64,000 bases of DNA from Candidatus Obscuribacteraceae bacterium. GTDB taxonomy: Bacteria > Cyanobacteriota > Vampirovibrionia > Obscuribacterales > Obscuribacteraceae. Below, piece after piece: positions 47,623-58,765 of the stretch. Under the pieces are notes generated by a model. It worked only from the letters and a program-made list of their open reading frames with translations. It made no database searches and was not told the origin of the DNA. The stretch's first letter is position 1. Each line of letters begins with the position of its first letter. Position numbers and translations under genes: made by a program. The DNA lies in assembly GCA_044226015.1 (NCBI GenBank), contig JBGAHS010000008.1, forward strand, positions 384,001-448,000, given 5' to 3'.

Positions 47623-48267
47623 CTACGGCGCGAGTCGCCGCAGGAGGACGTCAACTTCTTTTCTTGCCTGTTGTGCAAACGGTGTGTGCTTGTTTTTGGT
47701 TAGCATATTAATGAGATGTTGCTTTAAGACAGAATCTATCACTAATACTAGCAATTCCGGTGCGAATTCGGAGGTCAATTCACCATCTTCCTGCGCTTTA
47801 ACAATATATTGTATGGGCGTAAGGCTGTGTGGAGCCACATCAGAGTTGGCTTTTGAAATCAGTTCTCGCATTGCATAGAAAAAAGCCTTGGCTGACGCAG
47901 GGTGCTTATCGAACCATTCTGCAGAACTGCCGAGAACCTCGCGAATGGCATTAACAGCCGACTGCGAACGGGCGAATTCCCTCTCTCCGCGAGCCAACCA
48001 CTGTTGCGAAACCGAGTCAGTAAGCGCCAGCAAGACCTCAGCTTTGTTTTCGAAATGGTTGTAGAGCGTACCTCTAGCGACATCAGCGGTTTCGGCAATT
48101 TCCTCCATCGAGGTGTCGAGATAGCCTTTGCTTTCGAACAACTGGAGAGCAGCGCTCAAAATTGTGTTTCGGCGTTCTTGGACCTGCCTCTCGCGGCGAT
48201 TCAACTGCCGTTCACCTTTAGACAACTGTTCAACCATGTTCTCAACTCCAGCCTGAAAGTCACTCAA
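47623..48267 (-). CDS. TetR/AcrR-family regulator
   Basis: ILSAALQLF..KGY..TSMEEIAETADVARGTLYNHFENK. Confidence 0.93.
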   Translation of the reverse strand: MSDFQAGVENMVEQLSKGERQLNRRERQVQERRNTILSAALQLFESKGYLDTSMEEIAETADVARGTLYNHFENKAEVLLALTDSVSQQWLARGEREFARSQSAVNAIREVLGSSAEWFDKHPASAKAFFYAMRELISKANSDVAPHSLTPIQYIVKAQEDGELTSEFAPELLVLVIDSVLKQHLINMLTKNKHTPFAQQARKEVDVLLRRLAP

Positions 48268-48470
48268 TTATGTCATAAAGATGCCAAGCTTGTCGTGTGT
48301 GTTCCATAAACGAGTTCGAATTGTAAGTGCTGGGAACCTCCCAATGTAGGTTATTTCAAGAATAAAGCCAATCCGGGCACATTTTCTTGGCAATCAAAGT
48401 CGTTAGACATGTGTATAATGAAATACAGTGTTCAATCTTTTACCAGTGTCTAAAAAGTGCAGGTCAAAGT

Positions 48471-49892
48471 ATGCAAGGGTTAAAGTCAAATATTAAGCTA
48501 ACACCGCCCGGTATTCGCCCAGGCGAGAGAAAGAAAACGCTAATTGCAGCCTTCGCGGGTACGATCGTGTTGGCGCTTGTAATCTGCACACTCTCAGGGT
48601 TCAGCCCAAACGCGGCTCTTCCCAAACCGAGCGCGACCGCAGAACTTGCGCCGGTTGCAACCGTTACGACCTATTGTGTTTCCAAAGTTCCACTGCAGAG
48701 TCAGGTCACCGCTAGTGGAACGGTTGCGGCCCGCCACACACTGGATATTGGACCCGAAATAAGTGGTTTGAAAGTAGTCCAGGTAAACGTCGAAGAAGGA
48801 GACCATGTCAAAAAAGGACAAACTCTCGCACGCTTGAATGACGACATTCTCCAGGCTCAATTAAGCAGAGAACAAGCAAACTTGAATGGCGCAATCGCCA
48901 ATCTGGAAAAAACAAAGCAACCAAATCGAACAGAAGACATCGCCGCCTTGCGTGCGGCATACGAGCAATCACTCGCAGGTGTCACGCAAGCACGCGCAAA
49001 CGTGACGCGCGCCGAAACGAATTTGCAGAATCTTTCCACGATTGCATCACGCTACGACAAACTCAAGTCAGAGGGCGCGATCAGCGTGCAAGACGCGCTG
49101 GACAAAAAAACTGCAGCCAGCATGGCAAATGATGACCTTTCCGCATTGAAGCAACAAGTAGTCGCATCGCAATATGTAGCAAAGCAAGCCGAAGAAAGGC
49201 TCAAAGCAGCAGAGGCAGGCGGCAGGGCTGTTGATGTATCAATTTCTGCTGCCAATGTTGGGCAATTGCAAGCATCAGTTCGCCAAATGCAAGCTCAGCT
49301 GAATCAAACAATCTTGCGTGCCCCCACAGATGGTGTCGTCACGAAACGAAATGCAGATGTCGGTGAGATTACATCACTGGCACAAGCACTTTTCTCGATT
49401 GCCTGCAATGAAGAGCTTGAGCTAAGAGCACAAGTGCAGGAGATAGATCTTCCGGCGGTAAAAATTGGAAGCAAAGTAAAAGTCGTGCCAGCCTCACCTG
49501 AGTTGCGTCCTTTCACTGCCACTGTACGAGAGCTGAGCCCGGTCGTTGATTCGCGAACAAGACTCGGAACAGCTTACATCAACGTTCCGCCTGATGCAGG
49601 TTTGAAAGAAGGCATGTATGCAAGCGCAGCCATCAGCACGGGAGAGCGCAACGCTATAGCAGTTCCCACCCGGGCATTAAGAACCGACGACAGCGACAAA
49701 TTCGTTTTTGTCCTAAGTGCTAACAAGGCAATGAGAAGACCCGTGCAAACTGGCACCACCAACAGTGACATGGTTGAAATAAGCTCGGGCTTATCGACCG
49801 GTGAAAAACTCATACTCGACGGAGCAGGCTTTCTAAAAGATGGTGATGTCGTTGAGATCAATAATTCCGCTTCAATTTCAATGGGCAGGTAA
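48471..49892 (+). CDS. RND efflux periplasmic adaptor
   Basis: N-terminal TM, VEEGDHVKKGQTLARL, LRAPTDGVV, LKEGM. Confidence 0.92.
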   Translation: MQGLKSNIKLTPPGIRPGERKKTLIAAFAGTIVLALVICTLSGFSPNAALPKPSATAELAPVATVTTYCVSKVPLQSQVTASGTVAARHTLDIGPEISGLKVVQVNVEEGDHVKKGQTLARLNDDILQAQLSREQANLNGAIANLEKTKQPNRTEDIAALRAAYEQSLAGVTQARANVTRAETNLQNLSTIASRYDKLKSEGAISVQDALDKKTAASMANDDLSALKQQVVASQYVAKQAEERLKAAEAGGRAVDVSISAANVGQLQASVRQMQAQLNQTILRAPTDGVVTKRNADVGEITSLAQALFSIACNEELELRAQVQEIDLPAVKIGSKVKVVPASPELRPFTATVRELSPVVDSRTRLGTAYINVPPDAGLKEGMYASAAISTGERNAIAVPTRALRTDDSDKFVFVLSANKAMRRPVQTGTTNSDMVEISSGLSTGEKLILDGAGFLKDGDVVEINNSASISMGR

Positions 49893-49900
49893 GGTGCATT

Positions 49901-52900
49901 ATGGACTTCAGTAAGATTTCCTCCTGGTCAATAAAAAATCCGGTACCAACAATATTACTGTTCTTGCTTTTGACCTTCGCAGGAATAGTTGCTTTTCCAA
50001 GGCTTGGCATTGATGAGCAGCCAAACATCGACATTCCGACAGTTTCTATCTCGGCAACAGAGCCAGGGGCGGCGCCATCAGAATTAGAAACTGAGGTTAC
50101 TCGCAAGATTGAAGATACAATTTCCGGCATTCCAAATATCAAACATATAAGCTCTGCTGTAAACGAGGGCGTGTCCAATACCACAGTCGAGTTCGAGTTA
50201 GGCACTGATATCGATCGCGCAGTCAACGATGTGAGAAACAATGTATCCAAAATTAGGACGCAGCTGCCAGATGGCGTCGACGAGCCAATTGTCTCACGAG
50301 TAGACTTCGCAGGTGGAGCATTTGCAACATATACAATTTCTTCTCCAACACGCAGCGTTGAAGAACTTAGCTGGTTCGTTGACAACGACATTACCAAGGC
50401 ACTTTTAGCACAAAGCGGTGTTGGTCAGGTGCAACGCTCGGGCGGTGTCGACAGAGAAATGAGAGTAAACCTCGACCCAGCCAGGTTAGATGCACTGGGT
50501 GTTACAGCAGATCATATCTCCTCGCAGCTCAAGCAGATGAACATCAACATGCCTGGTGGGCGTGGCACGCTAGGTCAGCAGGAACAATCCATTAGAACAT
50601 TAGGTAGCGCAAGTAGCGCAGATGACCTGAGGCAGATGCAGATCGCTCTTCAAAATGGTGGCTTTGCTCAATTAAGCAGCCTTGGAACTGTCACAGATGG
50701 GTCATCGGAAAAACGTCAAAGTGCACTACTCAACAATAAACCCGTTGTCGCATTCTCAATTGTTAGAAGCACAGGCTCAAACATTGTCGATGTAGAGAAA
50801 CGTGTTGACGACGAGCTGGCGAACCTCAAGAAAACAATGCCCGTTGATATGCAGATTACAAAAATCAGAACCAACGCGCGCTTCGTAGAGGAGTCCTATC
50901 ACGCAGCAATGGAGCACCTCATAATTGGTGCAATCCTGGCAGTCGCAATAATTTGGATCTTCCTAAAGGACTGGCGAGCGGCACTAATTTCCGGAATTGC
51001 CATGCCACTATCTTTGATACCAACATTCCTCGTCATGAATATGGTTGGTTTCACGCTCAACAATATGACCCTGCTTGCGCTAGCACTCGTGGTAGGCATA
51101 CTGGTTGACGATGCCATTGTAGAAATAGAAAACATCGTGCGCCATCTGGGCATGGGGAAAAGACCTTTCAAAGCCGCACTTGACGCCGCCGATGAGATTG
51201 GATTAGCCGTTGTTGCAACCACCATGGCAATAGTGGTGGTGTTTCTTCCTGTTGCGTTTATGGGCGGAATTCCAGGTCAGTTCTTCAAATCCTTCGGACT
51301 GACAGTCGCCGCAAGCGTTCTCTTTTCACTTCTTGTCGCAAGAATGCTCACCCCACTCATAGCGGCTCACTTCATGAAAGCAGTGCCTCATGAGCCAAAA
51401 CCGGGTAGGTTTATAAAAGCTTATATGAGGATGTTGGATTGGGCTCTCAAGCACAAGAAGACAACAATTTACCTGGCAGTCGCATTTTTTGCGATCAGCG
51501 GCTTCTTGTTTGTAAAAATGCCAACCTCACTTGTCAATTCAGTCGACAGAGGCGAGTCAATCTTTACGGTCGAGCTTCCGCCCGGCGCTACCTTAAATGA
51601 AACTGAATCGGCAGTAAAGCAGGTTGGCTCAACACTAATGTCACGACCCGAAGTGAAGCTCGTTTATGCATCTATCGGCACCCCTTCAACAGGAAGTAAA
51701 GGCGCAAGCACCGCTGGTGATGTCAACAAAGCAAGCGTATATGCAGTACTCAAGCCGCGTGGAGAAAGGAAACTCTCACAGCAGAGCTTCGAAGCTGAGA
51801 TTCGAAAGCAACTCAAGTACATTCCGGGCACGCGCATCAGCATCGGGTCGAGCACAGGGTTAAGTGGCAAGCTGAAGATTCTACTGAGCAGCGACGATGC
51901 TGCTGCACTAAAATCCACATCGGATGGACTACTAAACAAGATGCGCCGCATGCCACAGCTAGCTGATGTAATCTCCAGCGCAGCTCTTACTCGTCCAGAG
52001 ATAATCGTCAAGCCCGACTTCACAAGAGCAGCTCAACAAGGCATCTCCGTCTATACCATCGCTCGCACGGCATCTGTAGCCACACTTGGTGACAATGACT
52101 CGGCTCTGCCAAAGTTCAGTTTAAGCAGCCGACAAATCAATATGAGAGTGCAGCTTGATCCAAAATATAGAGAAGACCTGGATACGATTCGCAATTTGCG
52201 AGTACAAGGTCTAAACGGTTTAGTTCCACTCGGTACTGTGGCAACCGTTGAATTTGGCGCGGGTCCAAACCAAATTGATCGATACGACAGAACGCGGCAA
52301 GTTTCCATTGATGCCAGCTTGAAACCCGGGGTAACTCTTGGTCAGGCACTCGCTGCGATTCATGCCTTACCCGAGTTCCAGAACATGCCGGCGTCGGTCA
52401 AAGAAACTCCGTCTGGTGATGCAGAGATTCAGAGAGATGTATTTAGTGGTTTCGGTATAGCAATGATGTGGGCAGTTTTGCTTATTTACGCCGTATTGAC
52501 CTTACTTTTTGCAGGATTCCTGCATCCACTAACAATCATGGTAGCCATGCCTCTCTCGCTCGGTGGAGCTGTATTAGGATTGATCATTGGTCATCAGTCG
52601 CTAGGCATGTACGCGCTGATTGGTATCATCATGCTAATGGGAATAGTCACAAAGAACTCGATTTTGTTGGTCGAATACTGCATCATGGCTCAAGCTCGAG
52701 GAACCAGCCAAAAGCAAGCAATCATTGAATCAGCAAGCTCAAGAGTTCGACCGATTCTCATGACCACGGGTGCAATGGTGGCCGGAATGGCACCCATTGC
52801 ACTAGGTATTGGAGCTGGCGCCGAATCTCGTGCCCCGATGGCGATTGCTGTGATTGGTGGATTAGTAACTTCAACGCTTCTGACACTGGTTGTAGTACCA

Positions 52901-53026
52901 GTCGTTTACAGCTTGATAGACGAACTGCAAACAAAATGGTCACGCGCCCAAATTCAACATGCGGAGGAAATCGGCGCTCTGGAACTTGACATGACTGATA
53001 CCTACGCGTCTACAAATCAGAAATGA
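49901..53026 (+). CDS. RND efflux permease (AcrB/AcrD/AcrF family)
   Basis: PGAAPSELE, GILVDDAIVEIEN, GIVTKNSILLVE, RVRPILMT. Confidence 0.96.
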   Translation: MDFSKISSWSIKNPVPTILLFLLLTFAGIVAFPRLGIDEQPNIDIPTVSISATEPGAAPSELETEVTRKIEDTISGIPNIKHISSAVNEGVSNTTVEFELGTDIDRAVNDVRNNVSKIRTQLPDGVDEPIVSRVDFAGGAFATYTISSPTRSVEELSWFVDNDITKALLAQSGVGQVQRSGGVDREMRVNLDPARLDALGVTADHISSQLKQMNINMPGGRGTLGQQEQSIRTLGSASSADDLRQMQIALQNGGFAQLSSLGTVTDGSSEKRQSALLNNKPVVAFSIVRSTGSNIVDVEKRVDDELANLKKTMPVDMQITKIRTNARFVEESYHAAMEHLIIGAILAVAIIWIFLKDWRAALISGIAMPLSLIPTFLVMNMVGFTLNNMTLLALALVVGILVDDAIVEIENIVRHLGMGKRPFKAALDAADEIGLAVVATTMAIVVVFLPVAFMGGIPGQFFKSFGLTVAASVLFSLLVARMLTPLIAAHFMKAVPHEPKPGRFIKAYMRMLDWALKHKKTTIYLAVAFFAISGFLFVKMPTSLVNSVDRGESIFTVELPPGATLNETESAVKQVGSTLMSRPEVKLVYASIGTPSTGSKGASTAGDVNKASVYAVLKPRGERKLSQQSFEAEIRKQLKYIPGTRISIGSSTGLSGKLKILLSSDDAAALKSTSDGLLNKMRRMPQLADVISSAALTRPEIIVKPDFTRAAQQGISVYTIARTASVATLGDNDSALPKFSLSSRQINMRVQLDPKYREDLDTIRNLRVQGLNGLVPLGTVATVEFGAGPNQIDRYDRTRQVSIDASLKPGVTLGQALAAIHALPEFQNMPASVKETPSGDAEIQRDVFSGFGIAMMWAVLLIYAVLTLLFAGFLHPLTIMVAMPLSLGGAVLGLIIGHQSLGMYALIGIIMLMGIVTKNSILLVEYCIMAQARGTSQKQAIIESASSRVRPILMTTGAMVAGMAPIALGIGAGAESRAPMAIAVIGGLVTSTLLTLVVVPVVYSLIDELQTKWSRAQIQHAEEIGALELDMTDTYASTNQK

Positions 53027-53071
53027 ATAACGAATCACATTCACGAATAAAGTGTTTAACACTGAAGTGGA

Positions 53072-53398
53072 TTAGCGCTTTTTCTCTTCTTCGCTAGCAT
53101 GTTCTATCGCTTTAGCTAGTAATTCATCCATCGTTAGCCCAAAGCCCCTCGCAATCAAATACAAAATACCTACACTCAAGTTACGCTTTGCATGCTCAAC
53201 TTCAGAAATGTATGTGCGATGTACTCCACATTTTTTCGAAAGATCTTCTTGCGATAGATTATTTGAAACCCGCAAAAACTCAATGTACTTTCCTAAAACC
53301 AAAAGCAAATTCGGAAACTCCGTCTCGTTCAACCGAGCTTGAAGGTTCTTATCGGAAAGAGAATCGGGTTTCAAGTTTTCGGAATTCACTGTTCTCAC
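53072..53398 (-). CDS. XRE-family HTH regulator
   Basis: LSQEDLSKKCGVHRTYISEVEHAKRNLS. Confidence 0.85.
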   Translation of the reverse strand: MRTVNSENLKPDSLSDKNLQARLNETEFPNLLLVLGKYIEFLRVSNNLSQEDLSKKCGVHRTYISEVEHAKRNLSVGILYLIARGFGLTMDELLAKAIEHASEEEKKR

Positions 53399-54655
53399 CT
53401 CCCCTGGGTAAATGGTAACTCTTAGGGTGGCATCCGCAATGTCACAGTTGCATGATTTAATGTTTTGATTTCGCTGCGTACGAGTTAACTCATCATCGTG
53501 AATCCTTATACACGAACGGTTCGCAAGAATTCAACAATAAATTCCCAGCAAAATATTTTTCAAATTCTGAACAAAATTGCAAAATAGATAACTCTAAATA
53601 ACTCTTGTAAGGCGCATCGTTAGCAAGAAGGAAACTCAGCAGAAGATGCAACTTTCACTTCTAGGAGTGTTTTTTTTGTAGCCTTTCCTCTCGTCAGAGT
53701 TCAACACAAAGCTCCCAAATACATTATCTGACAAGGCTTTCCGTGGTCGCATTCTGCGAAGAAGAGCAACAAAAGAAAGACAATTTTTCTGCCAATGACA
53801 GTTTCTTAGTGGTTTGGATCTAACGCGAGAAAGCTTCAAATCAGGATGTAGCCTATCGTAACGAAGGACTTCAACACCTCGACTCAGTTATCACCAGCGA
53901 GACTATAAGTCACCATCTGTGGTTGCATCAATTCGCCAATGAATTTGCTCAACTAAAAAAGGAAAAAGCCTGTAGTCCATCGTAACGACAGGAATGTCGG
54001 CGACAAGCATTTTGACCAAACCGATCAGAATCGGGCAAAATTATCGACGACATTTTGACGACGCTTCTAAAAAAGTTCCGTACCAACTAACAAAGAAGCT
54101 GTCGACTATCTCAACAAAATGGGCGACAGCCTAAACAGAATTTCAAAAAAAGCGAATTGTCGACGATCTCAACGACTCAAGAAAGGATCCGAAAGCCGAC
54201 TTCATCCCCAACGTTTTTCAAAACCACTAACTTGATCTATCTACCAGCTTCAGAATTTGTTCTTCCAATGAAACTTGATCCATCTACCAACCTTCCCATT
54301 TGTTCTTCGAAGGTATACTCGAATACCAAACCTCTACGAAAAATGGGTTCCCCTTAGCACCATCCGTAGCACTACCAGTGCATATTAATCAGCGGTTGGT
54401 ACAACAGAATGGACGACTTAAAGCTGGTACACAAGAGCATTTCGCGCAGAAGAAACCGAAACAGAATTCGACAGCTAGACAGAATTAGTATCACTTCAAC
54501 GAACAAATGCTTCGAATATAATTCCACAAGAAAAGAAAAGGAAAGAAGCAAAGAAAGAAGCAAAGAAAGACAGCAGCATGAAAGCATCACAAACGAACTT
54601 GCTCGATTTTGGATCCGCTCCTTTTATTTGCGGTAATTTGGCACCGAATGAACCA

Positions 54656-55345
54656 CTAAATCTTGTGACACTCAAGGGTGCGAGCCAACTCCGCTAAAAC
54701 GCGCTCGGCTTCAAAAGGCTTGACCTCTTTGCCCCGCAACACGTGTTGTTGCAGGCAGTAATGGACCACAGAACCCATAAACACTCTAGAGAATGCTTCG
54801 GGATCCAAAATCTTGTATTCCTTTTGTTTTCGCAAAATCGTTGCCACGAGTTCCAGCCCAGGACCAATTGTTGTTTCGTTGAGCATTATAGAAAGCTCGG
54901 GAAACCGCCCCGCTTCTCCGATGACCATTCGAAAAAAATTCAGATACCTTGGCTCAGCAAACTGCTGCATGATAGTCCGCCCAATATTCAAAAGTGCCTC
55001 TTTTGCTGGAAGATTGCCGTGCTCAAAGCCATCGGCAGATACGCGAACCAAATCGATTGTGCGCGACTGAAAGACCTGCTTAAACAGTGTTTCCTTATCC
55101 TTATAATGCGAATAGATAGTTTGCTTGGTTACTCCAGCCCTTGCTGCTACAGCATTCATACTTGCGCCCACGTAACCACTCTCGACAAAACAGTCGAGTG
55201 CAGCTTCCGCAATTTGCCATCTTTTCTCCAGAGAAGAATTCGAAAGGCTATTTACTGCAGCTTCATCAGTGAATTTTCTTAGCTGCCGCTTAGCTGGCTT
55301 TTTAGTTTGTGATTTTGCGGCTGGGCGAGATCTCTTTTGCATCAC
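54656..55345 (-). CDS. TetR/AcrR-family regulator
   Basis: SMNAVAARAGVTKQTIYSHYKDKETLF; C-terminal EAGRFPEL; divergent from the ABC exporter. Confidence 0.93.
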   Translation of the reverse strand: MMQKRSRPAAKSQTKKPAKRQLRKFTDEAAVNSLSNSSLEKRWQIAEAALDCFVESGYVGASMNAVAARAGVTKQTIYSHYKDKETLFKQVFQSRTIDLVRVSADGFEHGNLPAKEALLNIGRTIMQQFAEPRYLNFFRMVIGEAGRFPELSIMLNETTIGPGLELVATILRKQKEYKILDPEAFSRVFMGSVVHYCLQQHVLRGKEVKPFEAERVLAELARTLECHKI

Positions 55346-55353
55346 AATATGCT

Positions 55354-55373
55354 ATCATACCGATCGGTATGAT
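55354..55373. promoter_or_regulatory. Perfect 20-bp palindrome, probable TetR operator
   Basis: atcataccga|tcggtatgat between divergent tetR and exporter genes. Confidence 0.8.
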
Positions 55374-55475
55374 GACTAGAGAGTGAACAGCACTGAATAA
55401 TTGCGGACTTTTTTTGGAAACGGCGTCCACTTAGAAACTGCAACGTGTTTTTGGCAAGGAATTTGGTCAAATAAA

Positions 55476-56789
55476 ATGCAATCCCAGACGACGCAGCAAA
55501 ACGATCCTGCAAAAGAGCAAAAGAAAGGGCACGCAATTCCAAAATTTGTTTTGCCAGTTGTTCTTATCGTAATCGTGGCTTTTCTTGCATTCACCCTAAT
55601 TCCAAAATTATTCAAGCCTTCTGAGAATAAGCCCGGTTGCGTGCGAGTGAGCGGGCGAATTGAAGGCTATGAAACAAACATCGGAGCAAAAATTCCTGGC
55701 AGGGTTGAAATCATCACAAAGCGCGAAGGCGACGAGGTCCAGAAAAACGAGGACATCGTAAAGCTGAGTGATGATGATATTCAGGCACAACTGCGCGGTG
55801 CAAAGGCGAAAGAAGAACAAGCACAGCAGCAAATCAATGAGTCTGAAGAGCAGCTTGAAGTAGCAAAAGAGCAAGTAAAGCAATCAGCTCTCAACATAAG
55901 ACAAGCGCAGGAAGATGCAAAAGGACGAATTGAACAAGCGGTGGCAAACGTTGCAACCCAGGAAGCGCAACTTGAGCAAGCCCATTCAGAAGAGATTCAA
56001 GCCAAAGCTGATCTGGACCTTGCCGCGATTCGCATCAAAAGATATGACGATCTCGTAGTAAAAGGTGCCGTAACACAAGACGAAGATGATCAAGCGCACA
56101 GCACCTACAAAAGTGCTGTAGCTGCGGTAGAAGCGCGTAAAGCGAATGTCATCGCAGCGCAAAAGCAGGTTGAAGCAGCCAGGGCAGCAGTAGTTCTGGC
56201 GCGGAGCAATGCGCTAAATCCGCCAATTAGACGAAGCCAACAGTCGGCCAACGTTCGAACAGTTGCGCAGAATGAAGCAGCTCTGGAAAAAGCCAAACTA
56301 GAAGTCAAAAATGCCCGAGCATCCATTGACGAAATCGAAGCCAACATCGCCTACCTTAATATAAAGAGTCCGATACACGGCATCGTTACAGCCCGAACCG
56401 TCGAGCCAGGCGCAGTCGTGACTGCCGGGCAAACTGTGCTTTCGTTGATTGACTTGAACGATGTGTTTTTACGCGCATACGTACCTGACAGCGAGATAGG
56501 AAAGGTTCGAATCAACCAGAAAGCTGACATATTCTATGACTCAGCGCCAAACAAAGCCATTAGCGGAACCATCACCCAAATTGACCCCAAAGCGAGCTTC
56601 ACACCAGAGAACATCTACTTCCGTGACGACAGAGTCAAGCAAGTATTTGGTATCAAGATCAAAATAGACAATCCTGAGTATTATGCAAAACCAGGAATGC
56701 CAGCTGATGCAGACATTCATGTCTCTGACGATGTTGCGAGAAACAACAACGAGAATTCAAATTCGCAAGTTTTTTCGAAGCAACGGTAG
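55476..56789 (+). CDS. HlyD-family membrane fusion protein (YbhG-like)
   Basis: VSGRIEG, coiled coil, IKSPIHGIV, ASFTPENI, KPGMPAD. Confidence 0.92.
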   Translation: MQSQTTQQNDPAKEQKKGHAIPKFVLPVVLIVIVAFLAFTLIPKLFKPSENKPGCVRVSGRIEGYETNIGAKIPGRVEIITKREGDEVQKNEDIVKLSDDDIQAQLRGAKAKEEQAQQQINESEEQLEVAKEQVKQSALNIRQAQEDAKGRIEQAVANVATQEAQLEQAHSEEIQAKADLDLAAIRIKRYDDLVVKGAVTQDEDDQAHSTYKSAVAAVEARKANVIAAQKQVEAARAAVVLARSNALNPPIRRSQQSANVRTVAQNEAALEKAKLEVKNARASIDEIEANIAYLNIKSPIHGIVTARTVEPGAVVTAGQTVLSLIDLNDVFLRAYVPDSEIGKVRINQKADIFYDSAPNKAISGTITQIDPKASFTPENIYFRDDRVKQVFGIKIKIDNPEYYAKPGMPADADIHVSDDVARNNNENSNSQVFSKQR

Positions 56790-56794
56790 TTTGT

Positions 56795-58765
56795 ATGAAT
56801 ACTTCTGGGCAAACAAAAGAGACCGCCGACAGACTCAACCCGGTGATCAAAGTACATAATTTCGTAAAGCGCTACGATGACTTTGTCGCGGTTGACAAAA
56901 TCAGTTTTGAAATCAAAGAAGGTGAAATCTTCGGACTGATCGGACCCGACGGCGCAGGCAAAACCAGCACATTTCATGTGATGGGCGGTGTTATGGATGC
57001 CACCGAAGGCGATATCAGCATTCTTGGACAAACGCCCCGACTGGCAAGGAAACAAATCGGCTATTTGACTCAGCAATTTTCATTGCATCTGGATTTGAGT
57101 TTAGAAGAAAACCTCAAATACTCTGCTGGTATACGAGAGGTATCAGAAGACCAATACAGAAAACGAAGCGAATACTATCTGAAGCTGATGGATTTGTATC
57201 GATTCAAAACACGCCTTGCTGGTCAACTTTCTGGCGGTATGAAACAGAAGCTGGCATTGTGCTGCGCGCTCGTTTCAGCACCAAAGATTCTTCTTCTGGA
57301 TGAGCCTACAACTGGCGTCGACCCGGTATCTCGCAGGGAATTTTGGGATGTACTGGCGGCAGTAGCAAATGAAGGTGTTACTACTGCGGTTGCCACTCCC
57401 TATTTGGATGAAGCAGAACGCTGCAACAGAGTTGCGCTGATTAACAAAGGCAAAATTGCAGAGATTGGCAGCCCTCGAGAACTAATTGCCAATTTGGGAA
57501 TGGAGCGACTTGAGATTCATTCAGACAAGCTTGATGAGCTGGAAAGAACTCTGCGAGAACTTGCACATCATAATGGTGAATTGATTGCGGACATTCAGGA
57601 ATTCGGTGACAGGCTTGATGTCTTGAGTCCAATGGCAGAGAAGGCCGTCGAGGCTATCAGGCAAAACGTGCAGGATAATAGTCTTCGCATACAGACATCT
57701 CACCCCAGCCTGGAGAATGTTTTTGTATCACACTTGCGTTCCGCCAGCAAAGAGAAAGAAGAAAAAACGGCGTTCACTTTCGAGAGAAAAAAGGAACTAG
57801 ACTCAAGCAAAACAGCGATTGGTGCAAAAAAAATCAGCATTCATTTTGGCACGTTTAAGGCAGTGAAGTCTGTGTCCCTTGATATTAAATATGGTGAGAT
57901 CTACGGACTTCTTGGTGCAAATGGTGCCGGAAAAACTACTACCATAAAAATGCTCTGCGGGCTGCTGACACCATCACAGGGTGAGATGATTCTCGCGGGA
58001 GAAAAAAGCGATCTGCGCAAATCGTCGCTTCGTCGACGCATCGGTTACATGAGCCAAAAATTCACTCTATATGATGACCTCACCGTTGAAGAGAACCTCA
58101 AATTTTATTGCGGTGTTTATGGAGTACCTCACGAAAAGCGCACAGAGCGAATCAAATGGGTGCTTGAATCATGCGGTTTGGAAGGGCAAGAAAACCTCAT
58201 CACTAAGACCTTGCCTGGCGGGTGGAAACAACGGCTGTCTTTCGGTGCATGTGTCATGCACCAGCCAGAGATTCTCTTCCTGGATGAACCAACTTCAGGT
58301 GTAGACCCATTAGCGAGACGACAGCTCTGGCGACAGATTCGTGACTTTGCAAAACACGGAACCGCAGTTCTTGTAACGACACATTTTCTGGAAGAAGCCG
58401 AACATTGCCAGCGCATGGCGTTCATGGTCTCTGGCGAAATCGTTGCTGAAGGCAGCCCTTCTGAGATTAAGCAGAGCCAGCCAGGAAAACTCGTAGAGCT
58501 AGTTACAAACTACAATCAAAAAGCTGCGCAAGTTCTGCGCGAGAGAATGGAGTCGTGGAAAATTTCAATTTTTGCTGACAGCATTCACGTCAATGTCGCA
58601 AACGATAACGAACTCGAAGCAGTGAGATCACAATTACAAGCTGCAGGAATTGCTATTGAGTCCTCCCGTTCGATAGACTTCTCTCTAGAAGATTCCTTCA
58701 TCGGCATCGTCATGAGAGCAAGCCAGAAAGCAAGCCAGAAAGATAGCCTGGGGGCAGCGTCATGA
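56795..58765 (+). CDS. ABC exporter ATPase with two nucleotide-binding domains (YbhF-like)
   Basis: GPDGAGKT/LSGGMKQ/LLDEPT and GANGAGKT/LPGGWKQ/FLDEPT. Confidence 0.95.
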   Translation: MNTSGQTKETADRLNPVIKVHNFVKRYDDFVAVDKISFEIKEGEIFGLIGPDGAGKTSTFHVMGGVMDATEGDISILGQTPRLARKQIGYLTQQFSLHLDLSLEENLKYSAGIREVSEDQYRKRSEYYLKLMDLYRFKTRLAGQLSGGMKQKLALCCALVSAPKILLLDEPTTGVDPVSRREFWDVLAAVANEGVTTAVATPYLDEAERCNRVALINKGKIAEIGSPRELIANLGMERLEIHSDKLDELERTLRELAHHNGELIADIQEFGDRLDVLSPMAEKAVEAIRQNVQDNSLRIQTSHPSLENVFVSHLRSASKEKEEKTAFTFERKKELDSSKTAIGAKKISIHFGTFKAVKSVSLDIKYGEIYGLLGANGAGKTTTIKMLCGLLTPSQGEMILAGEKSDLRKSSLRRRIGYMSQKFTLYDDLTVEENLKFYCGVYGVPHEKRTERIKWVLESCGLEGQENLITKTLPGGWKQRLSFGACVMHQPEILFLDEPTSGVDPLARRQLWRQIRDFAKHGTAVLVTTHFLEEAEHCQRMAFMVSGEIVAEGSPSEIKQSQPGKLVELVTNYNQKAAQVLRERMESWKISIFADSIHVNVANDNELEAVRSQLQAAGIAIESSRSIDFSLEDSFIGIVMRASQKASQKDSLGAAS

